This document shows, piece by piece, positions 17,718-27,978 of a stretch of DNA of 64,000 nt. How positions within the stretch are numbered: the stretch's first letter is position 1; every line of letters begins with the position of its first letter. The notes beneath the pieces were generated by a model. It was not told the origin of the DNA, ran no database searches, and saw only the letters and a program-made list of their open reading frames with translations. This stretch comes from Gemmatimonadales bacterium. GTDB taxonomy: Bacteria > Gemmatimonadota > Gemmatimonadetes > Gemmatimonadales > GWC2-71-9. The position numbers and the translations under genes are program-made. The stretch lies in assembly GCA_046160105.1 (NCBI GenBank), contig JBJXGT010000036.1, positions 161,072 to 225,071 on the forward strand, read 5' to 3'.

Positions 17718-19079
17718 GTGGAGCTGAAGCGCGGGCTGGGCCCCGTCGAGGCGATGGCCCTGGTCGTCGGGGGGACGATCGGGGCGAGCATCTTCCTCGT
17801 CCCCGCCGCGATCGCCCAGGAGGTGGGATCGCCTGGGCTCGAGCTGGCCACCTGGCTCCTCACCGGGCTCCTGGCGCTCTGTGGCGCGCTGAGCTTCGCC
17901 GAGCTGGCCGGGGCGATCCCGGAGACCGGTGGCACCTACCAGTTTCTCAAGCGAGCCTACCCGGGGACGCCGATCGCGTTCCTGTTCGGGTGGATGATGT
18001 TCTTCGCCTATGCGGCCGGGGCCACCGCGGTCACGTCGTCGCTGGCGGCTCAGTACGCCGGGCAGTTTCTGCCTGGGCTCGGCGCGCCGGGATCATGGGG
18101 GACCCGGTTCCTCGCGGTGGCCATCATCATGACCCTCGCCGCCGTCAACGCGATCGGCGTCAGGGAGGGCGGCCGCACCCAGAACGTGCTGACCCTTCTC
18201 AAGGTTGGGGGGCTCCTCGCGGTGGTGGCCGCCTGCTTCGTCCTCGGCGATGGCTCGGTCACCAACTACCTCCCAATCCTGCCCCCGGACAAGACCGCCG
18301 CCGAGATGACCAGCTCGGTTGGCACCGCGATGATCCTCACGATCTTCAGCTACAGCGGGTGGTACTTCATCACTCACGTCGCCGGCGAGGTTCGGGAGCC
18401 GGAGAAGAACCTCCCGCGGGCCATCTTCGGCGGGATGGTGGTGCTGATCTTCCTGTATCTGACGATCAACGCCGCCTACCTCTACGTGCTCCCTTTCGAG
18501 GTCCTCGAGAACTCGCCGAGGGTCGCGGCGGACGCGATGAACGTGGTGCTCGGACCGGCCGGCGCCACGGTGATCGCGGTGGTGGTGTTTCTCTCCGGGG
18601 TCGGGGCCGCCAATGCCCAGATGCTCAACTACCCGCGGATCACCTTCTCCTTGGCCAAGGACGGGCTGTTCTTCGAGCCCCTGGCCCGGATCCATCCCCG
18701 TCGCGGCACCCCGGCCGTGGCGATCATGGTGTTCGCCGTGGTTGCCTCCGGCTTCGCCATGGCGGGCACCTACCAACAGATTCTGACCTACGTGGGGTTC
18801 GTCGGGCAGCTGTTCATGATGCTCACGGTGCTCGGCGTCATCGTGCTCCGGGTCCGGGAGCCGGAGCTGCCCCGTCCGTTCCGGGTTCCCCTCTATCCGC
18901 TGGTCCCGGTCGTCTACATCGCCATTCTCCTCTGGTATCTTGGCAATCTGCTGGTCAACCGGTTCGAGGCCAGCCTGGTCGGGATCGGGATCGTCGCGGC
19001 GGGGTTGCCGTTTTATTGGTATTGGTCGCGGGGGCTTAGGACTCAGGACTCAGGACTCAAGACTCAGGACCGGGGATGA
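17718..19079 (+). CDS. APC family amino acid permease
   Basis: GGTIGASIF, FAELAGAIPETGG, YSGW...AGEVREPEKNLP, RPFRVPLYP; C-terminus runs through heptamer repeats. Confidence 0.9.
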   Translation: MELKRGLGPVEAMALVVGGTIGASIFLVPAAIAQEVGSPGLELATWLLTGLLALCGALSFAELAGAIPETGGTYQFLKRAYPGTPIAFLFGWMMFFAYAAGATAVTSSLAAQYAGQFLPGLGAPGSWGTRFLAVAIIMTLAAVNAIGVREGGRTQNVLTLLKVGGLLAVVAACFVLGDGSVTNYLPILPPDKTAAEMTSSVGTAMILTIFSYSGWYFITHVAGEVREPEKNLPRAIFGGMVVLIFLYLTINAAYLYVLPFEVLENSPRVAADAMNVVLGPAGATVIAVVVFLSGVGAANAQMLNYPRITFSLAKDGLFFEPLARIHPRRGTPAVAIMVFAVVASGFAMAGTYQQILTYVGFVGQLFMMLTVLGVIVLRVREPELPRPFRVPLYPLVPVVYIAILLWYLGNLLVNRFEASLVGIGIVAAGLPFYWYWSRGLRTQDSGLKTQDRG

Positions 19080-19220
19080 GCGGCGCTGGGCGGGAAGGTG
19101 GACGGACGCAACCGGCCGCTCGCCAGGGCGAGGAGAGCGACTCCGCGCGTTGGGGCCGACCTTGGGTGATCCTGAGTCCTGAGTCCTGAGTCCTGAGTCT
19201 TGAGTCCTGAGTCCTGAGAC
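19038..19220. repeat. Second inverted heptamer array pair (about 5 and about 7 units) around a unique core of about 100 bp
   Basis: AGGACTC/AAGACTC units 19038-19070; CTGAGTC/TTGAGTC units 19170-19220; same unit as 11332-11555. Confidence 0.92.
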
Positions 19221-19255
19221 TGCCTCCAGCTCACCTTTCACCAGGCTCATCGCTG

Positions 19256-20086
19256 ATGCCAACACTCGACAACAAGATCGCCCTCGTTACCGGCAGCGGG
19301 CGGGGGATCGGGCGGGCCATTGCGCTCAAGCTCGCCTCTGAGGGAGCGCGGGTGGTGATCAACGACCTCGATCCCGAGCCCGCGGCGGCGGTGGTCGCCG
19401 AGATCGAGGGCGGTGGGGGGCAGGCGGTGGCGTGCCCGGGTAGCGTGACGGACAGCGGCTTCCCCGATCGGTATGTCAAGCTGGCGCTCGAGCGGTTCGG
19501 CGGCATCGACATCATCGTCAACAACGCCGGGTACACGTGGGACAACGTGATCCAGAAGATGACCGACGAGCAGTTCGACGCGATCATCGACGTCCACCTC
19601 CGGGCGCCTTTTCGGATCCTCCGCGCGGCGAGCGAGTTCATCCGGGCCGCCGCCAAGGCCGAGGCGGACGCGGGCACGCCGGTGTACCGGAAGGTCGTCA
19701 ACATCTCCTCGGTTTCGGGCACCGTGGGGAACGCGGGCCAGGCAAACTACTCGTCGGCCAAGGCAGGCGTGATCGGCCTCACTCGGGCATTGGCCAAGGA
19801 GTGGGGGCGCTATAAGGTGACGGTGAACGCCGTGGCCTTCGGACTGATCGAGACCCGCCTCACCACGGCGCCGGCGCACGGTGGCGCGACGATCGACATC
19901 GCGGGGCGACAGATCGCCGTCGGCATCAACCCCGACTCTTTCAACGCGCTCGGCAAGATCATCCCGTTGGGGCGGGCGGGGGCGCCCGAGGACGCTGCCG
20001 GCGCGGTATATCTGTTCTGCATTCCGGAGTCCAACTACGTGACCGGTGAGTGTCTGACTTGCGGCGGCGGCTACAAGATGTCGTGA
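19256..20086 (+). CDS. SDR oxidoreductase (FabG-like)
   Basis: [18 protein letters not shown] (YxxxK). Confidence 0.9.
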   Translation: MPTLDNKIALVTGSGRGIGRAIALKLASEGARVVINDLDPEPAAAVVAEIEGGGGQAVACPGSVTDSGFPDRYVKLALERFGGIDIIVNNAGYTWDNVIQKMTDEQFDAIIDVHLRAPFRILRAASEFIRAAAKAEADAGTPVYRKVVNISSVSGTVGNAGQANYSSAKAGVIGLTRALAKEWGRYKVTVNAVAFGLIETRLTTAPAHGGATIDIAGRQIAVGINPDSFNALGKIIPLGRAGAPEDAAGAVYLFCIPESNYVTGECLTCGGGYKMS

Positions 20087-20177
20087 GGCGCGGCCGTTCA
20101 TGCCATGGCCGGGTCGAGGTCGCGACTCGAGCCGGGCGTCGCCAGATTCTTCCGATCGAGAACTCTCGAGGTCTTTC

Positions 20178-21851
20178 GTGGCTTTGAATCGCTACAGCGC
20201 CCGCCTCACTCAGGTCCGATCCCAGGTCGGTTCGCGGGCCATGTTGTTCGGGGCCGGCCTGACCGAGGCCGACCTGAACAAGGCCCAGATCGGGATCGCC
20301 AGCATGTGGTTCGACGGCAATCCCTGCAACATGCATCTCCTCGGGTTGGCCGAGCTGGTCAAGGAAGGCGTGACCGGCGCCGGCATGGTGGGGATGCGGT
20401 TCAACACGATCGGGGTCAGCGACGGGATTTCGATGGGGACCGCCGGGATGCGGTTCTCGCTGCCGTCCCGCGAGGTCATCGCCGATTCGATCGAAACGAT
20501 CATGTCGGCCCAGTGGTACGACGGGCTGGTGGCGATTCCCGGCTGCGACAAGAACATGCCGGGCTGCCTGATCGCGATGGCCCGGCTCGATCGCCCGGCG
20601 TTGATGATCTTCGGGGGCACCATTCGGGCCGGGCATCATGCCGGCGAGGTGCTCGACATCGTCTCGGTATTCCAGAGCTACGGCGAGTTCCTCTCGGGCG
20701 CCCGGACCGAGGCGGCGATGAACGCCGTGGTGCGCCATGCCTGTCCTGGCGCCGGCGCCTGCGGCGGGATGTACACCGCCAACACCATGGCCACCGCCGC
20801 CGAGGCGTTAGGCTTGACCTTGCCGTACAGCTCGTCGACTCCCGCCACCGATCCGGCCAAGCGGGAGGAATGCCTCCGGGCCGGCGCCGCCGTTCGCCGC
20901 CTGGCGGAGCTGGACCTGACGCCGCGGAAGATCCTGACCCGCGCCAGCTTCGAGAACGCGATGGCGGTGACGATGGCGCTGGGCGGGAGCACCAACGCGG
21001 TGATCCATCTTATCGCCATCGCCCGGGCGGCCGGGGTACCCCTCTCGATCGACGACTTCCAGGCAACCAGCGGCCGAGTGCCTTTCCTGGCCGATCTCAA
21101 ACCGAGTGGCCGGTACGTGATGGAGGACCTCGGCCGCGTCGGTGGGACGCCGGCCGTGATGAAATATCTCCTGGAGCTCGGTCTCCTTGATGGCGGCTGC
21201 CTGACGGTGACCGGGAAGACCATCGCCGAGAACCTGGCCCCGCTTCCGGGCCTGACCCTGGGTCAGGATGTGATCCGGCCGATCGAGCGTCCCTTCAAGC
21301 CGACCGGCCACCTCGAGATCCTCCGCGGCAACCTCGCTCCGGACGGCGCGGTCGCCAAGATCACTGGCAAGGAGGGTCTCGTCTTCGAAGGCCCGGCCCG
21401 GGTCTTCGATAGCGAGGAGGCGGCGCTCGCGGCCCTGGAGAACCGCCAAGTGCTGTCCGGCGAGGTGGTGGTGATTCGGTACGAGGGGCCCAAGGGCGGC
21501 CCCGGGATGCGGGAGATGCTGTCGGTCACCGGCGCGATCATGGGCGCCGGCCTCGGCAGCTCGGTGGCGCTGATCACCGACGGGCGGTTTTCCGGGGGGA
21601 CCCACGGATTCGTGGTCGGACACGTGACCCCGGAGGCGCAGGATGGCGGGCCAATCGCGCTGCTGGCCACTGGCGACCGGGTCGCGATCGACGCCCGGTC
21701 GCGGACGCTCTCGGTGGCGCTCGACGACGGCGAATGGGACCGGCGCCGGCGCGCCTGGCGGGCGCCGGACCTCAAAGCGACCCAGGGCGTATTGCTGAAA
21801 TACGCCCGGTCGGTGCGCTCGGCCTCGGAAGGGTGCGTGACCGATGCCTGA
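20178..21851 (+). CDS. ilvD: Dihydroxy-acid dehydratase
   Basis: [55 protein letters not shown]; GTG start after GAGGT. Confidence 0.93.
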   Translation: MALNRYSARLTQVRSQVGSRAMLFGAGLTEADLNKAQIGIASMWFDGNPCNMHLLGLAELVKEGVTGAGMVGMRFNTIGVSDGISMGTAGMRFSLPSREVIADSIETIMSAQWYDGLVAIPGCDKNMPGCLIAMARLDRPALMIFGGTIRAGHHAGEVLDIVSVFQSYGEFLSGARTEAAMNAVVRHACPGAGACGGMYTANTMATAAEALGLTLPYSSSTPATDPAKREECLRAGAAVRRLAELDLTPRKILTRASFENAMAVTMALGGSTNAVIHLIAIARAAGVPLSIDDFQATSGRVPFLADLKPSGRYVMEDLGRVGGTPAVMKYLLELGLLDGGCLTVTGKTIAENLAPLPGLTLGQDVIRPIERPFKPTGHLEILRGNLAPDGAVAKITGKEGLVFEGPARVFDSEEAALAALENRQVLSGEVVVIRYEGPKGGPGMREMLSVTGAIMGAGLGSSVALITDGRFSGGTHGFVVGHVTPEAQDGGPIALLATGDRVAIDARSRTLSVALDDGEWDRRRRAWRAPDLKATQGVLLKYARSVRSASEGCVTDA

Positions 21852-22725
21852 GCCCCTGGTAGTCGGGTTCGTGGGGCTCGGTCGGATGGGCCTACCAATG
21901 TGTCGGCGGCTCCTCGCGGCGGGAGTGCCGCTGGTGGTCTACAACCGGACGCCGGCCAAAGCGGCGCCGCTGGCATCGTTAGGCGCCAGCGTGGTGGCCG
22001 ATCCGGGCGAGCTGGCGGCGGCCGCGGACCTGGTGGTCACCTGCCTCGATCGGGTCGAAGCCTCGGTGGAGGTATTCCTCGGCCCGAACGGCGTGGCCGC
22101 CAGGGCGCGACCAGGGACGATCGGAGTCGACCACGGAACGATCGGGCCGGACACCGCGCGCCAGATCGCCGCCGGTCTCGCCGAGCGGGGCATCGGTTTT
22201 CTCGACGCTCCGGTCAGCGGCGGTCCCGAAGGCGCGGAGCAGGGTACCCTCAGCATCATGGCCGGCGGGGCGGCGGACCTGTTCGAGCGGGTTCGGCCGA
22301 TGATGGCGGCGTACGGCAAGACGATCGTGCGAACGGGCGACGTCGGGACCGGGTCGCTCACCAAGCTGGTCAATCAGCTCTTGACCTTCGTGCATGGGGC
22401 GGTCGCTGCTGAAGCGCTCGGGTTCGCGGAGCGCAACGGGCTCGATCTCGGGGCCGTTGGCCAGGTGGTGCAGATGAGCTTCGGGCAATCGAGGATGCTG
22501 GAACGGACGCTCGCTCGGGTACTGGCGGGGAATTTCGTGGCCGGGGCGCCACTACGGCTCTACGGGAAGGACCTTGGCCTGATCGACCAGGTCGGCGCCG
22601 CGAGCGGTGCCACCCTCCCACTCACGGAAGCGGCCGAGCGGGTTCTCGCGCGGGCGACCGAACACGGGCTCGCCGAAGCGGACATCGCGGCCCTCTACCA
22701 ACTGTTCCGGAAGGACCAGCGATGA
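21844..22725 (+). CDS. Beta-hydroxyacid dehydrogenase (GarR/MmsB family)
   Basis: [26 protein letters not shown]. Confidence 0.88.
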   Translation: MPEPLVVGFVGLGRMGLPMCRRLLAAGVPLVVYNRTPAKAAPLASLGASVVADPGELAAAADLVVTCLDRVEASVEVFLGPNGVAARARPGTIGVDHGTIGPDTARQIAAGLAERGIGFLDAPVSGGPEGAEQGTLSIMAGGAADLFERVRPMMAAYGKTIVRTGDVGTGSLTKLVNQLLTFVHGAVAAEALGFAERNGLDLGAVGQVVQMSFGQSRMLERTLARVLAGNFVAGAPLRLYGKDLGLIDQVGAASGATLPLTEAAERVLARATEHGLAEADIAALYQLFRKDQR

Positions 22726-22822
22726 AGGGGCTCGTCGGAAAACTGGCGCTGACGGTGGTGGTGGCGGCTCCCCCGCCGGCACTGTACGACGGATCTTCGA
22801 TCTGCTGGGCGGGCCGAGGTAG
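22722..22822 (+). pseudogene. Probable internal-deletion scar (signal-peptide start plus an out-of-frame C-terminus)
   Basis: ATGA-coupled [16 protein letters not shown]; another frame ends VRRIFDLLGGPR-stop. Confidence 0.35.
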
Positions 22823-22823
22823 C

Positions 22824-23585
22824 TCAGAATCTGGAGAAGTCGGGCCGGCGTTTTTCGAGGAATGCCGTGAACGCCTCCTTGGCCTCGGCGCTCTGGATCC
22901 GGGGCCCAAGGACGGCCATCTCGCGGAGGATGGCCTCCTCGATGGCGGCTCGATTGGCGGCCATCAGCAGCTTCTTGGTGTCGCGGACCGCGCCGGGCGG
23001 GAGGTCGTTGAATCGCTCGGCGACGCTCCGAGCATGGGGCAGCAGGTCCGCCGCCGGGAGAACGGCGTTGGCGACGCCGAACTCGACGGCCTCGGCGGCG
23101 CTGAGCGGGGTTCCGAGCAGGAGCCGCTCCGCCGCGCGGACTCGGCCCATCAGCCGGGGCACCACCAGGCTCGAGGCGAACTCGGGCACGACGCCCAGGG
23201 CCACGAACGGCATCGTCAGCCGGGCTCCCTCGGCGAGATAGACGAGGTCGCAGTGGAGCAGCATGGTGACCCCGACGCCCACCGCGGGCCCGGTCACCGC
23301 GGCGATCACCGGTTTCTCGCAATCGAGCAGCGCCGTCATGAACGGCGGGATCGGGGTGGTCCAGCGCTCGGCTGGTCGGTGGAGGAAGTCCTCGACATCG
23401 TTGCCCGAGCAGAAGATGCCCGGTTGGCCGGTGACCAGGACCGCCCGAATTGCCGGGTCGGTATTGGCCCTGATGAAGGCGTCGGCGATGGCGTGGTACA
23501 TCGCGACGGTGAGCGCGTTCTTCTTCTCGGGGCGGGCGATCTCGACGGTGAGCACGCCGCGCGACAGGTCGGTCTTGATGGACAC
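22824..23585 (-). CDS. Enoyl-CoA hydratase/isomerase family protein
   Basis: RPEKKNAL, FCSGND, KPVIAAVTGPAVGVG, PEFASS. Confidence 0.9.
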   Translation of the reverse strand: MSIKTDLSRGVLTVEIARPEKKNALTVAMYHAIADAFIRANTDPAIRAVLVTGQPGIFCSGNDVEDFLHRPAERWTTPIPPFMTALLDCEKPVIAAVTGPAVGVGVTMLLHCDLVYLAEGARLTMPFVALGVVPEFASSLVVPRLMGRVRAAERLLLGTPLSAAEAVEFGVANAVLPAADLLPHARSVAERFNDLPPGAVRDTKKLLMAANRAAIEEAILREMAVLGPRIQSAEAKEAFTAFLEKRRPDFSRF

Positions 23586-23600
23586 GGAATGGGTCTCGAA

Positions 23601-24737
23601 TCAGCTGGGCGGAGTGTCCCGCCAGACCGCGCGGAACAACCGGAGGAAGTTGGCGCCGATGATCTTCACGATTCGGCGATCGGGATGACCCTTGGCCGCG
23701 AGGCGATCGGCGATCAGCTCGAGACGGCGGGGCGTGTTCAGGTCGGCGACGAACATGTAGTCGTCTTCGCGGGGGGCCGCGATCCCGAGCCGCTTCCGCT
23801 CACCGACGAAGCGGCGGTGGAGGTCGGCGTACTCCGGGGTCGCGACATGCGGGGTGATCGATAGATCGCTGCCGATCCCGACGTGGTCCTCGCCGCAGAC
23901 ATTGACCGCGTGCTCGATCTGCTGGATCAGGTCGTCGCCGGTGGGTTGGCCGGCGGCGTTGATGAAGGGCATCATGTAGATGCCGATCACGCCGCCCTTG
24001 TCGGCCAGGCGCTTCAAAGTCGCGTCACTCTTGCTTCGGGGATGGTCGAAGACCGCTTTGCAGCCGCTGTGGGTGATCGCCACGGGCTGGGCCGACACCG
24101 TGATCCCGTCATCGGTGGTGTGGGTGCCGCAGTGGCTCAGGTCGACTAGCATCCCGACCTCGTTCATGCGGGCCACGACCTCGCGCCCGTGGCGGCTCAG
24201 TCCGGCGTCGTCCGGCTCGAGGCACCCGTCGCCGAGGAGGTTGCGGCCGTTGTAAGTGAGCTGGAGGATCTTGACGCCGAAGCGATGGAACAGATCGAGC
24301 CGGGTCGGGTCGCCCTCGAGCATCACGGCGTCCTGGAAGCCGTAGATCAGTCCGACCCGGTTGGAGCGCTTGGCCTCGGCGATATCGGCGACGGTGCGGA
24401 CCTTGAGGAAGACGTCGGGGTGGGCCGCGAGCTCACGCTCCCAGTAGCCGATCCGGCGGAAGGTTTCGTCGAAGCTGGCGTGACCGCGACCGCCGCCGCT
24501 CAGGGTGAGATTGATCGCGGTGAGCCCTGAGGCCTTGGCGTTGGCGACCATCTCCGCGGTGAGGGGGCCGTCGGTGCTCAGCGGAGAGTTGAACGGGCCC
24601 GGGCTGGCGAGGCAGTCGATCACGGTGGCCCGCTGGTATCCGGGCCACGGGGCGGGGCGGAGGTGGTGGAAGGACCGCCACAGCGGGCTGGCCAGAGCCG
24701 CGGAGGCGACCAAGTCGCGTCGAGAGATAGCGTTCAT
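23601..24737 (-). CDS. Membrane dipeptidase (M19) with Tat signal
   Basis: SRRDLV, QLTYN, VDLSH, THSG, HVGIGSD, GANFLR. Confidence 0.88.
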   Translation of the reverse strand: MNAISRRDLVASAALASPLWRSFHHLRPAPWPGYQRATVIDCLASPGPFNSPLSTDGPLTAEMVANAKASGLTAINLTLSGGGRGHASFDETFRRIGYWERELAAHPDVFLKVRTVADIAEAKRSNRVGLIYGFQDAVMLEGDPTRLDLFHRFGVKILQLTYNGRNLLGDGCLEPDDAGLSRHGREVVARMNEVGMLVDLSHCGTHTTDDGITVSAQPVAITHSGCKAVFDHPRSKSDATLKRLADKGGVIGIYMMPFINAAGQPTGDDLIQQIEHAVNVCGEDHVGIGSDLSITPHVATPEYADLHRRFVGERKRLGIAAPREDDYMFVADLNTPRRLELIADRLAAKGHPDRRIVKIIGANFLRLFRAVWRDTPPS

Positions 24738-24758
24738 CGGTCAGATCGGGAGGTCGGA

Positions 24759-25697
24759 ATGAAACGACGAATCGCCATCGGCATGGCGGGGCTCCTCGTA
24801 GTTGGTTCTGGCCTCGGCGCCAGCGCCGTGGCGCAACAGGTCATCGATTCCGGGTATCGCGCCACGGTGGCGCGACCCGCCTACCCGGCCGGCGGTGGTC
24901 CGGTGGTCGCGATCGATGCCGCGCACGAAAACTTCCATACCAGGACCGGCCGCTATCGGGCCTTCGCGAGCCTGCTCGAGGCCGACGGGCATCGCGTCGT
25001 CGACAGCCGGGTCCCGTTCACCGCGTCCGGGTTCGCCGGGTTGGCGGTGCTCGTCATCGCCAACGCGGGAATGCCGGCGAGCGACTGGTCACTGCCGGCC
25101 CGATCCGCCTTCACCGCCGCCGAGATCGACGCGGTGGTCGGCTGGGTCGAGCAGGGCGGCGCGCTGTTCCTGATCGCCGACCACTTGCCCGCCGCCGGGG
25201 CCGCCACGGACCTCGCCCGCCGCTTCGGAGTTGAGTTCACCAATGGCTACACCGTGGCTCCGCGGCCCGCCGGGAGCCCGCCGGGCGACCTGTTCACCCG
25301 GCTCGACGGGACCGTGGCGGACCATCCGATCACCCGAGGCCGAGACGCGGCGGAGCGGGTCGACTCGGTGCTGACCTTCACCGGCCAGGCATTCCAATTG
25401 ACCGAGCCCGCCGCGGTGCTCCTTCGCTTCGGCCCGGCCGCCAATACCTGGCTCCCGGTGCTCGCAGGGGCCCGATTCGACAGTCTGACGGCCCGGGTCT
25501 ACTCGGGCGGTTGGCCGCACGCGGTGGCCAAGCGCCTCGGCCGAGGCCGGGTGGTGCTTCTCGGTGAAGCGGGCGGCTTCTCGGCCCAGCTCTCCGGTCC
25601 GTCCCGCCAGCCGATGGGGCTCAATCACCCGAAATCGATCGGCAACCAACAGTTTCTCCTCAACATCCTTCACCGGCTGACCGGGCTGCTCGACTGA
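24759..25697 (+). CDS. Secreted protein, DUF4350/class I GATase-like fold
   Basis: Signal peptide; DAAHENFHT, WVEQGGALFLIADH, GRVVLLGEA; GGGAGG RBS. Confidence 0.65.
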   Translation: MKRRIAIGMAGLLVVGSGLGASAVAQQVIDSGYRATVARPAYPAGGGPVVAIDAAHENFHTRTGRYRAFASLLEADGHRVVDSRVPFTASGFAGLAVLVIANAGMPASDWSLPARSAFTAAEIDAVVGWVEQGGALFLIADHLPAAGAATDLARRFGVEFTNGYTVAPRPAGSPPGDLFTRLDGTVADHPITRGRDAAERVDSVLTFTGQAFQLTEPAAVLLRFGPAANTWLPVLAGARFDSLTARVYSGGWPHAVAKRLGRGRVVLLGEAGGFSAQLSGPSRQPMGLNHPKSIGNQQFLLNILHRLTGLLD

Positions 25698-26867
25698 TCA
25701 GGCCGCCGTTTCCCGCGCCGCGCGGATCATGTCCCGGGCGATGATCAGCTGCTGGATCTGGGTGGTCCCTTCGTAGAGCCGAAACACCCGGACGTCGCGA
25801 TAGAGCCGCTCGGCCGCGCACTCCGAGATGTAGCCGGCGCCGCCGTGGATCTGGACGGTGCGATCGGCGACCCGCCCGACCATCTCCGACGCGAACATCT
25901 TGCAGCAGGATGCCTCGGTCGAGATTCGCTCGCCCCGGTCGAGCCGCTTGGCGGTGTCGAGCACCATGCAGCGAGCCGCGTACGCCTCGGTCTTGCTGTC
26001 GGCCAGCATGGCCTGGACCAGCTGATACTCGGCGATTGGCTTGCCGAACTGAGGCCGGTCGAGCGCGTAGCGCAGGCCCTCGTCGACCAGTCGCTCGGCG
26101 AGCCCAACGCACATCGCGGCGATGTGGATTCGCCCCCGATCGAGCGCCCGCATCGCGACCTTGAACCCTTGGCCCTCCCGGCCGAGCATCGCGCTGGCGG
26201 GAATCCGGCAGCCCTCCATGATCACGTCCGCCAGGTGGGCCCCCTTCTGGCCCATCTTCCGATCGCTACGCCCGACCGACAGACCGGGTGTCCCCGCCTC
26301 GACCACGAAGGCGGAGACCCCGGCGGCGCCGGGCTTCGATTCGTCGGTCCGGGCCATCACGATGAAGATCCCGGCCTCGGGCGCGTTAGTGATGTACCGC
26401 TTGGTGCCGTCCAGCACGAAACCGTCGCCGTCACCGTCGCGCCGCGCCGTGGTCCGGAGCGCCCCGGCGTCCGACCCGGAGTCGGGCTCGGTGAGACAGA
26501 ATGCGGCAATCAGCTCGCCGGAGGCCAGCCGGCCGACGTACTTGGCCCGCTGCGCGTCGTTGCCGTCGGCGAGAATGGTCGAGCTGCCGAGCCCGTTATT
26601 GATCCCGATCACCGAGCGAAAGGCCGGGGCGGCCCGGCACAGCTCGAAGAACACCAGCACCGACTCTTCCGCCGAGAGGCCGAGGCCGCCGTACTCCTGC
26701 GGGATGGTGACGCCATAGAGCCCAAGGTCTCGCATCTCGGCCATGATGTCGTCGGGGATTCGGTCCTCGCGGTCGACTCGCTCCTCGACCGGGATGAGCC
26801 GTTCGGTGACGAAACGGCGAATGGTCTGGAGCAGACCGGCCAGGGTCTCGGCGTCGAGGGTCGTCAT
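25698..26867 (-). CDS. Acyl-CoA dehydrogenase
   Basis: FCLTEPDSGSD, GTKRYITN, RPQFGKPI, QIHGGAGY, YEGTTQIQ; start ATG 26867. Confidence 0.93.
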   Translation of the reverse strand: MTTLDAETLAGLLQTIRRFVTERLIPVEERVDREDRIPDDIMAEMRDLGLYGVTIPQEYGGLGLSAEESVLVFFELCRAAPAFRSVIGINNGLGSSTILADGNDAQRAKYVGRLASGELIAAFCLTEPDSGSDAGALRTTARRDGDGDGFVLDGTKRYITNAPEAGIFIVMARTDESKPGAAGVSAFVVEAGTPGLSVGRSDRKMGQKGAHLADVIMEGCRIPASAMLGREGQGFKVAMRALDRGRIHIAAMCVGLAERLVDEGLRYALDRPQFGKPIAEYQLVQAMLADSKTEAYAARCMVLDTAKRLDRGERISTEASCCKMFASEMVGRVADRTVQIHGGAGYISECAAERLYRDVRVFRLYEGTTQIQQLIIARDMIRAARETAA

Positions 26868-27679
26868 GAGTTGGTGATCTTGAGCATGGCTCGGGCTTCG
26901 TCGGGGGTAGCGATCTCGCGCTGGAGTTCCTTGGCGAGGCGCACCGCGCGCTCCACCAGCTCCACGTTCCGGGCGAGGACCTTGTAGGAGTAGAAGATGT
27001 TGTCTTCCAGCCCGACGCGACAGTTCCCCCCGAGGATGATCCCGAGCGTCGAGGCCGGCAACTGCGCCTTGGCGACGCCGATCACACTCCAGAGCGCGCC
27101 GGGCGGTAGACAGCCGATCATGTGGAGCAGGTTCTGGGCGGAAAAGGGCAGGGCGTTCATCACCCCGAGGACGAAGTCGAAGTAGGGCGGGTCCTTGATC
27201 AGTCCCTTCTTCATCAGGGTGATCCCGGCGTAGATGTGACTCACGTCGAAACACTCGATCTCCGGCTTGACCCCGTACTCGATCATCTTTCCGGCGTAGT
27301 ATTCGACGTCGACCGGCGCGTTGATGTAGGGCCCCTTGGCCAGGTTCACCGAGCCGACGTTGAGGCTCATCATGTCGGGTCGCAGATCGACGGCCCGGAT
27401 CCGGTCGTCACGGTGGGTCGGCGCCCGGAACCCGGTCGAGATCTGGACGATCAGCCGAGTATGTTTGCGGAGCCCCTCCAGGACGGTGGCGAAGAAATCG
27501 TAGTCCAGGCAGGGTTTCTGATCCTTGTCGCGGGCGTGATAATGGAGGATGCTGGCGCCGGCCTCCCAGCACTTGATCCCGTCCTCGATCAGCTCGGTCG
27601 GGGTCACCGGCAGGTAGGGCGTGTCCGACTTGGAGGCGAAGGAGCCGATCGGCGCGACGGTGATGATCAATTTGTTCAT
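26864..27679 (-). CDS. BKACE family enzyme (second copy, no fusion)
   Basis: LIITVAPIG, HYHAR, KPEIECFD, RVGLEDN; coupled to the ACAD gene. Confidence 0.88.
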   Translation of the reverse strand: MNKLIITVAPIGSFASKSDTPYLPVTPTELIEDGIKCWEAGASILHYHARDKDQKPCLDYDFFATVLEGLRKHTRLIVQISTGFRAPTHRDDRIRAVDLRPDMMSLNVGSVNLAKGPYINAPVDVEYYAGKMIEYGVKPEIECFDVSHIYAGITLMKKGLIKDPPYFDFVLGVMNALPFSAQNLLHMIGCLPPGALWSVIGVAKAQLPASTLGIILGGNCRVGLEDNIFYSYKVLARNVELVERAVRLAKELQREIATPDEARAMLKITNS

Positions 27680-27833
27680 GCGGATGTCCTGGTGAACGGG
27701 CGTGGTCTCGATCGGCTGGCACCCAGCGGCTCCCCCGCGCGGGTCGCCCGGCGTCCTGGGGGCCCACGACCCCGGGGAACCTACGCCGAAAACGCGCCAG
27801 GCGCCCGTTGGTACCAATCAGTGGGCGAGCCGT

Positions 27834-27849
27834 AGCAACAGATGGCCCA
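27834..27849 (-). promoter_or_regulatory. Candidate sigma54 -24/-12 promoter for the BKACE-ACAD operon
   Basis: Minus strand TGGGCCATCTGTTGCT has correct GG-N10-GC spacing. Confidence 0.35.
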
Positions 27850-27978
27850 ACGACTTGGGTTCGCCAACCGAAGGGGGAATATGGCGAGCCCTCGGTGCCG
27901 CCGATCGTCTTGCAGCGGAGGCCTTGAGGACACCGGTTCCGCGGCGGCGACCGCCGGATCCGGGCCTACGAATGTCGG

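Noticed and set aside
22722-23864. 380-aa ORF with a signal-peptide-like start
   Set aside because: Beyond about 30 codons it is antisense to the ECH and dipeptidase genes.
25698-27254. Apparent N-terminal extension or fusion of ACAD (likewise ORF-track starts 28711, 34699, 35898, 37295, 46234, 48069, 50721)
   Set aside because: Extensions overlap neighbouring genes; downstream starts fit RBS, coupling and family length.
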